Positions 28,801-36,855 of a stretch of DNA of 64,000 nt are shown here, piece by piece. Origin of the DNA: a virus (lineage: Duplodnaviria; Caudoviricetes); the IMG/VR virus record IMGVR_UViG_3300036827_000091, positions 577 to 64,576 of that record; one strand, written 5' to 3'. The translations under genes were made by a program, and so were the position numbers. The stretch's first letter is position 1, and each line of letters begins with the position of its first letter. The notes beneath the pieces are model-generated. The model saw nothing but the letters and a program-made list of their open reading frames with translations, had not been told where the DNA came from and did not search any database.

Positions 28801-29040
28801 TCAGGTCGTCACCCACATCAGGTCGTCTAGGGCACGCCAGTCGCTGCCCAGCTCTAGCAGCTGGCGCGCGGTCAGGCCCTTCTTCTGCGCGCCCTCGAAC
28901 ACCAGCCTCGGCGCGAGGCCGGGGTGAAGGTGCTGCAGCGCCTGCGCCGCGGCGGCCAGCGCCGACGTCTCGTCGGCGTGCTTCCAGCCCTTGCCGCCCT
29001 TGGCGGTCGGCGCGGCCAGCGCTTCCTCGTAGGTCGTCAT
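28801..29040 (-). CDS. Early hypothetical protein
   Basis: TGATG coupling. Confidence 0.6.
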   Translation of the reverse strand: MTTYEEALAAPTAKGGKGWKHADETSALAAAAQALQHLHPGLAPRLVFEGAQKKGLTARQLLELGSDWRALDDLMWVTT

Positions 29041-29276
29041 CAGCCCTCAGTCCCTTCAGCCAGCTGGAATACGCCCCCGTCGCCGAAGGTGACAAACCCC
29101 TCGGCTCCGGTGTCTTCGCGCCGTGCCCACACTGCGTTGAGCACCCGGCCGAACAGGTCGGGCGGGGGGAGCGCCCCGGTCCGCAGCACGGTGGTGCGGA
29201 CGTCGCGGCGGCCCTGGTCACCCATCAGGATGACGTCGCCGTTCTTCAGGTCCAGCCCCTTCACGATCTTGCTCAT
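29040..29276 (-). CDS. Early hypothetical protein
   Basis: ATGA overlap; DLKNGDVI SH3-like start. Confidence 0.55.
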   Translation of the reverse strand: MSKIVKGLDLKNGDVILMGDQGRRDVRTTVLRTGALPPPDLFGRVLNAVWARREDTGAEGFVTFGDGGVFQLAEGTEG

Positions 29277-29623
29277 GACTGCACCGTCCACTCGGACTCG
29301 TCGTAGCTGCGGAAACAGCTTGCGTAGTAGGCGGCCTGGCCCACTTCTTCGCAGTACACGTTGGCGCGCTCGCCTTTGATCCAGGCTTTCATCCCGCGGA
29401 ACATGATTCGCCGCACCGTGTAGGTGTCGTTGCCGGCCAGGTCCACGGTCACCTTGTAGCCGGACGACACGGGCAGGATCACCCCGTGGCCGCTGTCGAT
29501 CACCCGGCCGCCCGAGATGGCCATGACGTTCATCCGCCCGATCTGCGCGACCAGCGTGGCTGCGTCACATTCGGCGAACTGCTCGCGGTCTGCCTGCGCC
29601 TGGGCTTCGTCGTAAACCTGCAT
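29273..29623 (-). CDS. Early hypothetical protein
   Basis: Follows P2; QIG...MAISGG, DTY.V.R, NVYC. Confidence 0.7.
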   Translation of the reverse strand: MQVYDEAQAQADREQFAECDAATLVAQIGRMNVMAISGGRVIDSGHGVILPVSSGYKVTVDLAGNDTYTVRRIMFRGMKAWIKGERANVYCEEVGQAAYYASCFRSYDESEWTVQS

Positions 29624-29655
29624 GTCCCTGTCTCCCTGCCTGTGTCTGTGCCTAC

Positions 29656-29684
29656 AGTCTAGTGACTGGCCTGGAATCTGTCAA
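29656..29684 (-). promoter_or_regulatory. P2: TTGACA-N17-TAGACT in 8-bp inverted repeat
   Basis: Arms 29666-29673 and 29690-29697. Confidence 0.9.
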
Positions 29685-29723
29685 CACCTCAGGCCAGCCC
29701 CGCTCCGTCAGGTCGTTAGGTCA

Positions 29724-30074
29724 TTACTGTCCTCGCATTTCAGCCGCCTCGGCGGCACTGGGGACTCGCTGCCCGTACCGGATGCTGGCCGGGTAGAACT
29801 CCCAGGTTTCCGGGTCGATCCCGGTCGCGTGGGACCGGCGCTCCCAAAGGAAGTAGACATCAACCCACCGGTTCCGGTCCTTCTGTACGGCCCTCGCGTC
29901 ATCGGTGAAATCTGTCCCGGTGGCCAGCAGCGCGGCCCTGGCCTCAACGGCAAACCGCTTCTGCCGCAGGCCGGTCACTGCGGCCAGGCCGCTGGTGGTA
30001 TGCCAGACGCCCCAGCCGTGGCAGTCCTTGCCTATCCGCAGCCCGCCCTCAGTCTCGGGCGCACGGGCGGTCAT
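29724..30074 (-). CDS. Early hypothetical protein
   Basis: ATGA overlap. Confidence 0.55.
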   Translation of the reverse strand: MTARAPETEGGLRIGKDCHGWGVWHTTSGLAAVTGLRQKRFAVEARAALLATGTDFTDDARAVQKDRNRWVDVYFLWERRSHATGIDPETWEFYPASIRYGQRVPSAAEAAEMRGQ

Positions 30075-30562
30075 GACTGGCACCCGCAATTCTCGCAGCT
30101 CCGGGTCAGGGCATCCCATTCGGCCTCGATCTGCTCGCGGGTCTTGCCGCACCACTGGCATTTCCTGCCGGGCGTGTAGTGCGGGCCGTCCAGCGGGTAG
30201 CTGACGCAGTTCCACCGGGGCGCGGTGCGGGCAAACAGCTCCGGGTCGGCTGGCCGCAGGTCGGCCCGCTTGATGCCGGTGTAGCCGCCCCAGTACCAGT
30301 CGCCGGCGGTGTCCAGGGTGCCGTAGCGGTGGCCCCGGTGAATCCGGCCGTAGCCTTTGATGCCGAAAATCTCACCGGTCTCGTTGACCACCATGTACTT
30401 GCCGGACATGTTGCCTTTGGGGCCGATGTCCACCTTGGTGTACTTCGGGCCGGGCACCACCTGCACCTGCTCCCACTCCCACTGCGGGCTGGTCGGGTAG
30501 CTGGCCTTCAGCCGGGCCTGCGTCTGCTCCAGCACCGCCTGCGCGAACTCGTTGACGTCCAT
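30071..30562 (-). CDS. Early hypothetical protein with C-terminal CxxC motifs
   Basis: Follows P3; G.KY.KVD, TGEIFG.K.Y. Confidence 0.7.
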   Translation of the reverse strand: MDVNEFAQAVLEQTQARLKASYPTSPQWEWEQVQVVPGPKYTKVDIGPKGNMSGKYMVVNETGEIFGIKGYGRIHRGHRYGTLDTAGDWYWGGYTGIKRADLRPADPELFARTAPRWNCVSYPLDGPHYTPGRKCQWCGKTREQIEAEWDALTRSCENCGCQS

Positions 30563-30595
30563 TCCTGTCTCCCTGCCTCGCTGCCTTGTGACTAC

Positions 30596-30624
30596 AGTCT
30601 ACCGGCTGGCCCGCATTCTGTCAA
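30596..30624 (-). promoter_or_regulatory. P3: TTGACA-N17-TAGACT in 8-bp inverted repeat
   Basis: Arms 30604-30611 and 30632-30639. Confidence 0.9.
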
Positions 30625-30647
30625 CACCCCAGGCCAGCCCTGGTCTG

Positions 30648-31172
30648 TTACTGCGGGCACCCACAGTCGCCGCAGTCGGAGGGCACGATCTCCACGTCCC
30701 GGGAGAACCCGCCATCGGCGCGCAGCACCGCCACGTAGGCGCTCGCCGCGCCTGACAGGCCCGTGCCGGACCCGGCGATGACCGCCTTGGCCGGGGCGCG
30801 CACCCGGCCGACCTGGTATCCCTTGGCCGCGTCGGCAGCCTTGCGCCGCTGCGGGTTCTCAGCCTTGGACGGGCTGAACCAACCGGTGAACCGGCCGCTC
30901 GGGTTGTCATCGGGCAGCAGGCCCCACGCCATCCCGTACCGAGTCTCGACCAGCTTGGCGGCCACCAGGTTCCCGGCAGTGTCGAACAGGGCGGGGAATT
31001 CGGCCCGCCCGTCGGCGTCAGCCAGGTCAGCCTTGGCGCGGCACAGCCTGGCGGTGATCCCCGAGGCCCACTGCGACAGGAATCCGTCCGTGTCGCTGCG
31101 CTCGAACGAATCGGCGGCGGCCCGGTCGGCGTCGATTGCTTTAGCCCTGAGCTGGGCTGCGGTTTCGGTCAT
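30648..31172 (-). CDS. Early hypothetical protein
   Basis: Follows P4; SFERSDTDGFLSQWASG. Confidence 0.75.
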   Translation of the reverse strand: MTETAAQLRAKAIDADRAAADSFERSDTDGFLSQWASGITARLCRAKADLADADGRAEFPALFDTAGNLVAAKLVETRYGMAWGLLPDDNPSGRFTGWFSPSKAENPQRRKAADAAKGYQVGRVRAPAKAVIAGSGTGLSGAASAYVAVLRADGGFSRDVEIVPSDCGDCGCPQ

Positions 31173-31206
31173 CTGCCTGCTCCCTGCTTGCCTGTTGTCT
31201 GCTGAC

Positions 31207-31236
31207 AGCTTACAGCCCTGCAGCGCATTCTGTCAA
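31207..31236 (-). promoter_or_regulatory. P4: TTGACA-N18-TAAGCT in 11-bp inverted repeat
   Basis: Arms 31213-31223 and 31239-31249. Confidence 0.88.
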
Positions 31237-31253
31237 CACTGCAGGGCTGCAGC

Positions 31254-31571
31254 TCACCGCGTGCTACGGTCACCCAGGTGGGATGTACCGCCCTGGGCGG
31301 TGTCGATGTACTGCTGCAGCTGAGCCAGGCTGGCCCGGACCACGGCCAGTTCGAGCGTGACGTGATGCCAGTCCGGGTGATCACCTATCACGTGAGTGCG
31401 CAACTCAGCCAGTGTTTGCCCGGCGTACAAGCAGACGTGCCGGACTTCCGCCGTGGCCGAGCGAGTCATGCTCTTGTCCGCTTGCGCGCCCCACAGGTCG
31501 CCAAGCGCGATCAGCAGCTCATGCTCGGTGGCTTCGCCGACCGGCTTGGACCGGTCTATGTCCCGGCTCAC
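31254..31571 (-). CDS. Early hypothetical protein
   Basis: GTGA overlap. Confidence 0.5.
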   Translation of the reverse strand: MSRDIDRSKPVGEATEHELLIALGDLWGAQADKSMTRSATAEVRHVCLYAGQTLAELRTHVIGDHPDWHHVTLELAVVRASLAQLQQYIDTAQGGTSHLGDRSTR

Positions 31572-31960
31572 ACCAGCTCACCCTTCCAGTTGACCGGGCC
31601 GCCCAGGGCGGAAGCCAGCTGGGCTTGCGCAACTGCGCCCGCGGCAGCCTTGGCGGCCAGCTGGAACGCCTTGCTGTCAATGCTGACCATGCCCATGTCG
31701 TGGGCGGCGTCGTGCACCAGCCAGGCGTAGCCGAGCGCGGTCAGCCACCACCGGGTCGGTGCCCGGCCGGGGGCGGCGTTGGTGGTGACTTCGCCGCGCA
31801 TCACCAGGGTGCGCAGCACGCCCTCGGTGTTGCGGTCGGCAGCCCCCGCGCCCCAGCCGCAGCCGGGTGACCATACGCCGTGGCTGCCCAGCCCGCGGAG
31901 CATGCTCCGCTGCCGCTTGCCCGCCTGCCTGCGGTCCCGGCCGCTGCGGTCAGTCATCAC
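31568..31960 (-). CDS. Early hypothetical protein, possible wHTH
   Basis: VLRTLVMRGEV...WWLT.LG. Confidence 0.5.
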   Translation of the reverse strand: MMTDRSGRDRRQAGKRQRSMLRGLGSHGVWSPGCGWGAGAADRNTEGVLRTLVMRGEVTTNAAPGRAPTRWWLTALGYAWLVHDAAHDMGMVSIDSKAFQLAAKAAAGAVAQAQLASALGGPVNWKGELV

Positions 31961-32466
31961 GCATCCCCTTTCCGGCGGTCGGTGACCGCTGCCGCGCCCA
32001 CATACTTGCCCGGGGGCAGCGGCTGGCTGCCGAGCACTAGCACCTCGGCGCGGCCGGCGCGCACCCGCACCACCAGCCGCCGGGGCTCGGTGGCCTGCGC
32101 CTGCTGGCCTGCGGCCGGCGCAGCGTCATCGCCTGGCACGCCGGGCGCGTCGTGGATGGTGAACCGGCAGTTAGGGTGCCGGGTGCGGAACCGGCGCAGC
32201 TGGACATACGCGGCTTTCAGCCGCTTCGCAGCGTCCTGGGGGGCTGGCTCCCTGCCTTCCCTGGCCAGCTGCTGGGCGTCGGTGAGCAGCTGCTGCAGCG
32301 GCGCTGAGGCCCGCCTGGGGGCCGACCAGTACGGCCAGCCGTCGCTGCATGCGTTCACCCCGCGCACCAGGCTGTCCAGCGTGTAAGCGGCCGATCCCAG
32401 GACGCTGTGCTGGCCGAGCTGGGCCAGCGCCTGCTCCACGTCGTGCTCGTTCATCCACACGGTCAC
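31957..32466 (-). CDS. Early hypothetical protein
   Basis: GTGA overlap; N..SDGWPYW..P. Confidence 0.6.
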   Translation of the reverse strand: MTVWMNEHDVEQALAQLGQHSVLGSAAYTLDSLVRGVNACSDGWPYWSAPRRASAPLQQLLTDAQQLAREGREPAPQDAAKRLKAAYVQLRRFRTRHPNCRFTIHDAPGVPGDDAAPAAGQQAQATEPRRLVVRVRAGRAEVLVLGSQPLPPGKYVGAAAVTDRRKGDA

Positions 32467-32699
32467 CGCCTCCCGCCGAACTTTGCGCCCGGGGAGGCGA
32501 TCCGCTGCTCCAGCTCCGCCGGGGCCAGCGTCAGGCTCTCGTTGCTCACCACCGGGCACAGCCGCTCCACGTTGGCCACGCTGGCCAATGCGGCGGCAGC
32601 CATCCGCACCGGGTCGCCCGGGTACATAGCCTGCGCGGCTGCCACGATCATGTCTGCGGCGTGCTCGGCGAACGCCTCCTGCTCGGGCGTGATGTCCAT
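32463..32699 (-). CDS. Early hypothetical protein
   Basis: AGGCA-rich leader and SD. Confidence 0.55.
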   Translation of the reverse strand: MDITPEQEAFAEHAADMIVAAAQAMYPGDPVRMAAAALASVANVERLCPVVSNESLTLAPAELEQRIASPGAKFGGRR

Positions 32700-32760
32700 G
32701 TCCTTCTCCCTGTCTCTGCCTGTGCCTGTTGCCAGGATAGCGCCCTGCTCTGACAGCCAT

Positions 32761-33237
32761 CTATCTCTTGCAAGCGTCGTGCTCGGGGCCGTCCATCGAA
32801 TGCTCGGCGCAACGTCCCGTCGGCGGCGTGCCAACTAGCCGGTACCGGGGGCCGGCGAACTCCACTTCGCCATCGTCCCGCATCCGGGCCAGCTCGGCGA
32901 TCAGCACGCGCCGCTCTGTGTCCAGGTGGAAGATTTCCAGCTCGGCCAGGGTGGCCATGCGGCCGGGGCGGCGGGCCAGCTCGGCGCGCAGCGCCTTGCG
33001 CAGCGGGCTAGGAAAGCCCTTGCCCGCCCAGTCCGGGGTGTTCCAGTCTTCCTGCCCGGGGGCTTCCAGCTCGCCGTGGTAGTCGCCGTCGTCCGGCGCG
33101 CCTGGCCCGCCGTGGTCGCATGTGACGTGCACGCCATCCTCGTGGTGCTGGAAGTATGTGTGGTCCCGGTCGCCGCCGGGGTGGTCATGAGTGAGCACCT
33201 GCCCGCTGGTCCGGTGAGTGTGCCTGGTGGTGGTCAT
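32761..33237 (-). CDS. His-rich protein with possible C-terminal wHTH
   Basis: Follows P5, SD GGGAG. Confidence 0.6.
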   Translation of the reverse strand: MTTTRHTHRTSGQVLTHDHPGGDRDHTYFQHHEDGVHVTCDHGGPGAPDDGDYHGELEAPGQEDWNTPDWAGKGFPSPLRKALRAELARRPGRMATLAELEIFHLDTERRVLIAELARMRDDGEVEFAGPRYRLVGTPPTGRCAEHSMDGPEHDACKR

Positions 33238-33271
33238 GCCTGCTCCCTCTGCCTGTTGTCTTGTGATCACA

Positions 33272-33300
33272 AGCTTAACCGGCGTCCGGCATTCTGTCAA
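33272..33300 (-). promoter_or_regulatory. P5: TTGACA-N17-TAAGCT inside 3' end of upstream ORF
   Basis: TAA of the -10 is the stop codon of 33275-33613. Confidence 0.88.
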
Positions 33301-33613
33301 CACCCCTGGTGATCCGCTTGTTCTGTTCCACAGACTGGTACGCCTCATACAGCGAGGTGGTCAGCCCGCTGTGCAGCACCCGGCCGGTGCCGTAGTCGCG
33401 GGTCCGCCAGGCGAAGCCGGTGCGCTCGATCTCCACCGAGCCGGCCCAGGTGCCGAAGTTCCAGAACACCCACTGCCAGTGGCCGGGCGCGCCGTGCAGC
33501 TGCCAGCGCAACGGCGCGTCCCGCCCGGCGTGCACCCGGGCCATCGACTCGGCCCAGGCCGCCGCGGCGGCTGAGCGGTCCCAGTTCTCCCCGGTTAGCG
33601 GGTCATATGTCAT
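33275..33613 (-). CDS. Trp-rich hypothetical protein
   Basis: ATGA overlap, SD GGGAG. Confidence 0.55.
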   Translation of the reverse strand: MTYDPLTGENWDRSAAAAAWAESMARVHAGRDAPLRWQLHGAPGHWQWVFWNFGTWAGSVEIERTGFAWRTRDYGTGRVLHSGLTTSLYEAYQSVEQNKRITRGVDRMPDAG

Positions 33614-34032
33614 GACTTGCTCCCTTCGCAGCCACAGTCATGGCAGCGTGCCAGCGCAGCCCGGACATCGGCAGCCGCCTGCCGGTCTTCCTCGGTTTCC
33701 GGGCGCTGGCGGGTGGCAACCCGGCCGATGCGCCCGTTCTTGTCGTGGGGGTAGTGGCTGTGGTCCCAGTCCGGCCGGGCCAGCTTGTCGGGGGTCATGT
33801 AGCGCTCGGGCAGCGCCCGGTACCACCGGTCAGCTGTGGCGTTGTCCCACGGCAGCATGGCCTCGTGCGTGGCGCACACTGACGGGGACCACCCAAGGCT
33901 GAGGATCAGCGACTCCTCGTCCAGCCGGTGTGACAGAGCCTGACGGTCAGCAAGGTAGCGGTCCAGGTCACCTGCCGATCCGTCCCAGGAGCGGATGTCT
34001 TTGGCCCGGGGGTCCGGTCCCGCGCCGCTCAC
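33610..34032 (-). CDS. Early hypothetical protein
   Basis: GTGA overlap. Confidence 0.5.
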   Translation of the reverse strand: MSGAGPDPRAKDIRSWDGSAGDLDRYLADRQALSHRLDEESLILSLGWSPSVCATHEAMLPWDNATADRWYRALPERYMTPDKLARPDWDHSHYPHDKNGRIGRVATRQRPETEEDRQAAADVRAALARCHDCGCEGSKS

Positions 34033-34388
34033 GGCTTCACCTGCCGCCAGCTGGGCGCGCCGTGGCCTTTGGGTGACACGTCTTCGATCACATGCTGCGC
34101 CCGGAGGCTGGCCACGATGTCGCGCACCGCGGTGCGGCTGACGCCGGACGCGGCGGCGAGCTGGCTGTTGTTGCAGGACCGGCCGGCCAGCGCGCCGATC
34201 GCCTGGTACACGGACACGGTCTTCCAGTCGGCCAGCCACACCTTCACGTAGCTGCCCATGTCCCGGGCGAACGCGGCCATCTCATCGGCGTGCGGCTTAG
34301 CCGAGTACACGCCCACCGCCTCCACCTTGCCGCCGTCCGCGGGGGCCTTGTCCATGATTTTCACGAACCACCCGTTGCCGATCTTCAT
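34029..34388 (-). CDS. Winged-helix DNA-binding protein
   Basis: SQLAAASGVSRTAVRDIVASLRAQHVIE. Confidence 0.65.
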   Translation of the reverse strand: MKIGNGWFVKIMDKAPADGGKVEAVGVYSAKPHADEMAAFARDMGSYVKVWLADWKTVSVYQAIGALAGRSCNNSQLAAASGVSRTAVRDIVASLRAQHVIEDVSPKGHGAPSWRQVKP

Positions 34389-34395
34389 GACTAAA

Positions 34396-34560
34396 TCAGT
34401 CCCTGTCCACGTATCCAGTGGGCACGATGTAGGCGATCACGGTTCCCTCGCGGGTGACCGGGGTGGTCACGTATGCGCCGTCGGTGGCTGCCTCAGCGGC
34501 CTCGGCAAACCGCTCACCAAGCCCGGCCAGGTCCATGTCAGTGATCTCGATCGGGTCCAT
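34396..34560 (-). CDS. Small protein, Phd/YefM-like N-terminal pattern possible
   Basis: SD GGAAGG; PVTREGTVIAYIVP. Confidence 0.45.
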   Translation of the reverse strand: MDPIEITDMDLAGLGERFAEAAEAATDGAYVTTPVTREGTVIAYIVPTGYVDRD

Positions 34561-34589
34561 GTCCTGCCTTCCTCTGCCTAGTGTCTTGC

Positions 34590-34935
34590 TTGTGTGGTGC
34601 TGCACTCCCACAGGCTCCGGTAGTCCGGGGCGGTGTCGTCGGGGTTTGGCTGTCCCGCTGAGCCGCTCACCCGCTTGCCGGGGCTGTGGTAAGACGTGCT
34701 TTCCAGGTCCCGGCGTGGGGTTGACGGGGCACCCGACCAGCCCACCCGGGACCTGCTGGCCGTCCAGACTCGCGCAGGGGCTTCCTGCGCACCTCATAAT
34801 CACTCACCGGATCGCCATCTGTGCTCACCGGCTACTCGGCGCGGAGCCCGGGTCCGGGGGGTTCCTACGGCGACAGATCGCCGCGGCTGGTCCCTGGCCC
34901 GGGTTGTCCCGGGCTCCGCTGTCTTGCTGTTGTAC
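34590..34935 (-). ncRNA. Putative structured ncRNA or long 5' leader
   Basis: No SD-led ORF; directly after P6; several perfect stems of 6-12 bp. Confidence 0.5.
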
Positions 34936-34939
34936 TTAC

Positions 34940-34968
34940 AGCTTAGCGCCTAGTGTCTATTCTGTCAA
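34940..34968 (-). promoter_or_regulatory. P6: TTGACA-N17-TAAGCT inside 3' end of upstream ORF; TGTANNTACA box at +1
   Basis: TAA of the -10 is the stop of 34943-35173; TGTACTTACA at 34931-34940. Confidence 0.88.
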
Positions 34969-35173
34969 CACCCCTGGCCTGCTCAGGGGTTGCGGCCCAC
35001 AGCCAGATGGCCCGTGCCATCGCGCCCATGCCGGTCACGACGAAAATCAGCAGAACAGCCAGCCAGGCGTAGGCGCGGGCATTCCATGCGTGGCCGATGA
35101 AGATCACCGGCACCAGGCACAGTGTCATGGCCGCCCAGGACGCTGCCATCCAGCGGACCACGTTGTCAGGCAT
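34943..35173 (-). CDS. Two-TM membrane protein
   Basis: Two hydrophobic segments. Confidence 0.55.
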   Translation of the reverse strand: MPDNVVRWMAASWAAMTLCLVPVIFIGHAWNARAYAWLAVLLIFVVTGMGAMARAIWLWAATPEQARGVDRIDTRR

Positions 35174-35378
35174 GCGGGATCACCAGCCCCGGGTCAGTCG
35201 GCCCGGTCAGCTCCCGCATGCCCTCCATGATCTCGTCCCGCAGGCGCATGGCCTCGTCGTAGTGGTCCTGGTCGCGGTAGCGGACGTGGCTGCCTGCCCG
35301 GCCGTCGCGCACGTGCCCGGCGATCTCCGCCGTGGCCCCGTCGATCCGGTGGTTGCCGGTGACCCTGATGCCGGCCAT
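35166..35378 (-). CDS. Early hypothetical protein
   Basis: TGATG coupling. Confidence 0.5.
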   Translation of the reverse strand: MAGIRVTGNHRIDGATAEIAGHVRDGRAGSHVRYRDQDHYDEAMRLRDEIMEGMRELTGPTDPGLVIPHA

Positions 35379-35689
35379 CACGCGGCCCGCCGTACCGCGG
35401 GCAGCACCCAGTCGTGGCCGCCCAGGCCGGGCACGCCGGACAGCGCCCAGCCCATCCAGGCGCGGGTGTCCCACACCTGGCGCGGCGTGGTGCGCTTCGG
35501 CTCGCTAATGTCTTTCACCGGGTCCGGCGGGGGCTCGCCCGCCATGTTCAGGGTGGCCCGCCTTGCCCAGATGTCCACCTGCTGCCGGGTGACCTGCCGG
35601 CCGTCCGGCCAGGACAGCCGCTGGTTCAGCACCGTGGCCACCACCGCGTATCCGCCGAGTGGCGCTGCTTTCCTTGGCCTGCCGCTCAT
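35378..35689 (-). CDS. Possible MerR/excisionase-like HTH protein
   Basis: Follows P7; G...VA..L...VTRQQV..W.RR...PP.P...W. Confidence 0.55.
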   Translation of the reverse strand: MSGRPRKAAPLGGYAVVATVLNQRLSWPDGRQVTRQQVDIWARRATLNMAGEPPPDPVKDISEPKRTTPRQVWDTRAWMGWALSGVPGLGGHDWVLPAVRRAA

Positions 35690-35733
35690 CGTCCTGCCTC
35701 CTGCCTGTTGCCTTCTGCTCGCCTGTCTACGCC

Positions 35734-35762
35734 AGTATCAGCGGCGATTCGTATTCTGTCAA
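35734..35762 (-). promoter_or_regulatory. P7: TTGACA-N17-GATACT in 7-bp inverted repeat
   Basis: Arms 35742-35748 and 35764-35770. Confidence 0.8.
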
Positions 35763-35772
35763 CATCGCCGGT

Positions 35773-35805
35773 AGGCCCGGCCCCCCCGTGAGGGGAGCCG
35801 GGCCT
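35773..35805 (-). terminator. Hairpin after ardC-like gene
   Basis: AGGCCCGGC...GCCGGGCCT. Confidence 0.65.
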
Positions 35806-35811
35806 CAGCGG

Positions 35812-36681
35812 TCAGGCGGCTACGGCTGCCAGCTCCCGCTCGCTGCCGTCCGCGGCAGCGGCCTTGCCCAGCTCGCCCAGGATGGCGGTGACCGCCTTCT
35901 GGATGCGGCCCGCGCTGGCCCGGATGCCGTCCTTGGCCTTCTCCGCGTCCTCGGCCCAGCCGGCCACGTAGCCGAAGCTGTAGTCACCGGAGTCGAAACC
36001 CAGCGAGCCCATCACCGCGTAGGCCACCGACTCGGCTTCCAGCTCGCACAGCCCGCGCCCGGACTTGTTGCCATCGGCCAGATGGCCGAGCTGCCAGTGC
36101 GCGATCTCGTGCGCCAGGGTCTTGGCCCGGTGCAGCGGGCTGCGGTCCGGGTGGATCTCGATCCGCCCGTCCTTGTGGGTGACGCCGTTGGCCTGGCCCA
36201 GGTCGGCGTCGGCCACCGAGGCGACGCCCAGCGCCAGCGCTGCGTCAGCCAGCTGGCCGAACAGCCCGTCCGGGTCCTGGCCGTCCAGGCAGCGGGTCAC
36301 CTCGGGCAGCGGCGCGCCCTCGGTCTGGGACACGTCGAACACCGGCACCGTCTTCCAGCCGAACACGACCTGGCTTTTGGCACCCGTGTCCTCGTCTGTC
36401 TCGGACCGGGTCATCGGGGCCAGAATCCAGATGGCGTGCTCGCCTTTTTTGACGCTGCGGCCCAGCGACTTCCACCCGCTGGTGCCCGCCTTGTTGCCGA
36501 AGCCCATCACCTGGGTGGCGTCCGGGTTCTGGAACAGGATCAGCATGACGTTGCCGAAGCTGTACCGGTGAAACTTGGCCATGGTGGCCAGGTAGCGCTG
36601 CCACTCGCCTGAGTCGGCCAGCTTGCTGATGCCGTCTTCCAGGCTGGCCAGCATTTCCTTGGTCCGGTCGTTCATCGCCAC
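35812..36681 (-). CDS. ArdC-like ssDNA-binding domain plus HExxH metallopeptidase-like domain (anti-restriction/anti-defence candidate)
   Basis: FHRYSFGN..LI..Q.P.AT.V.G...W..LGR.VKKGE.AI.I.AP, VFDVSQTEG, TLAHEIAH, ELEAESVAY, YSFGYVAGW. Confidence 0.88.
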   Translation of the reverse strand: MAMNDRTKEMLASLEDGISKLADSGEWQRYLATMAKFHRYSFGNVMLILFQNPDATQVMGFGNKAGTSGWKSLGRSVKKGEHAIWILAPMTRSETDEDTGAKSQVVFGWKTVPVFDVSQTEGAPLPEVTRCLDGQDPDGLFGQLADAALALGVASVADADLGQANGVTHKDGRIEIHPDRSPLHRAKTLAHEIAHWQLGHLADGNKSGRGLCELEAESVAYAVMGSLGFDSGDYSFGYVAGWAEDAEKAKDGIRASAGRIQKAVTAILGELGKAAAADGSERELAAVAA

Positions 36682-36715
36682 GGTGGGCCTCCCTTGCCTC
36701 TGCCTTGTGTAACAG

Positions 36716-36744
36716 AGCCTACCGACATTTTCCCATTCTGTCAA
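36716..36744 (-). promoter_or_regulatory. P8: TTGACA-N17-TAGGCT
   Basis: Directly upstream of ardC-like gene. Confidence 0.88.
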
Positions 36745-36766
36745 CACTGCAGGCGGAGAGCAGCAA

Positions 36767-36807
36767 AGAGCCCCGGCCTGGCGCAATCCCGTGCAGGCCG
36801 GGGCTCT
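36767..36807 (-). terminator. Terminator of the leftward replication operon
   Basis: 14-bp stem AGAGCCCCGGCCTG / CAGGCCGGGGCTCT. Confidence 0.75.
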
Positions 36808-36855
36808 CGCTCCCTTGGCGGTCTGGCCTGTGGAGCTAAGCCATGCCGCCGGGCC

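Noticed and set aside
28750-36744. Repeated ATTCTGTCAACA as a CRISPR or attC array
   Set aside because: Spacing is 0.6-2 kb and irregular, and each copy is explained by a -35/-10 pair; no cas or integron integrase
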